Positions 63,406-64,000 of a stretch of 64,000 nt of DNA are shown here, one piece after another. The notes beneath the pieces are model-generated. The model saw only the letters and a program-made list of their open reading frames with translations, was not told where the DNA came from and made no database searches. A program made the position numbers and the translations under genes. The first letter of the stretch is position 1. Every line of letters starts with the position of its first letter. The stretch comes from Selaginella moellendorffii. Lineage: Eukaryota; Plantae; Lycopodiophyta. The stretch covers positions 108,674 to 172,673 of the forward strand of contig NW_003314291.1 of assembly GCF_000143415.4 (NCBI RefSeq), read 5' to 3'.

Positions 63406-64000
63406 TTCAAGGAATAAAAGAGTACATCTCTTGAGTGGAGATTTCGATAGCTATATCTTTGTGAACTTAAAGATTGAAACATTGAGAGCTAGAATTTTTT
63501 TTCTCTTTTTTTTGCCAGGATCTTATCTTCTCGCGCTAGTCACCGTCGCACTGCTGTGTCTTATCCCTTTGGAAACCTAGCGATAGTTGGACGGATTTCT
63601 TCGCCTTTTCTACTTTTTTTTTTTTTTCTTTTTTTGTTTTGGCTCCATTTGAGCTATGGATGAGAACAGCACAGCTCAAGTTGCAATGTTCCTGTCACGT
63701 TTAACAAGACATCTTCCCGTACGATCTGGAAAGAAAAGAAGTGACAAACAACTTTTAATGGCAGATCTTGGAGCGAGTTCTCTCTTGCAGCATCGACAGG
63801 TGCCACAACAGCACTGGATCATCGATCTGGAGTTCCTCCAGCTTCCAGATCGCGTCCTCGATCACGAAATCAAGATCCGCAGTCTCGAGAGCGTATTCTC
63901 TCTTTCAGCTTCACCAGCGTTTCCCGCGCGCCGCAGCAGTGGATCATCCCGCTCACTCGCCACGCGATCTGGAGCGCCTCCAGCTTCCGGACCGCGTCCT

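Overview
Eukaryotic plant genomic DNA. Very short GT-AG introns (about 52-80 nt), GC-rich exons, dense genes and PLS-class PPR genes suggest the lycophyte Selaginella; this is an inference. The left half (1 to ~34.3 kb) is a duplicated, rearranged accessory region holding a tandem array of six intronless secreted hevein-like peptide genes. They have an unusual 10-cysteine framework (extra N-terminal C-x4/5-C pair, no C-terminal prodomain), lie in three higher-order units among decayed Ty3/gypsy and AT-rich repeats, and are bracketed by two copies of a FAM136A (DUF842) gene and PPR pseudogene pieces. The right half has ordinary genes: a TMK-type LRR receptor kinase, an F-box protein, a multi-exon coiled-coil protein (SCEP1-like, with a degenerate C-terminal PHD finger), a RING-FYVE-SYLF protein, two PLS-PPR proteins, a HAS1/DDX18 DEAD-box helicase and a class II LBD transcription factor. 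An AT-rich island at 43.5-51 kb contains two head-to-head LTRs, one carrying a 5S-rRNA-derived (Cassandra-like) segment, and an intact orphan AT-rich 237-codon ORF that may be of viral origin. All family calls come from manual motif recognition, not database searches.
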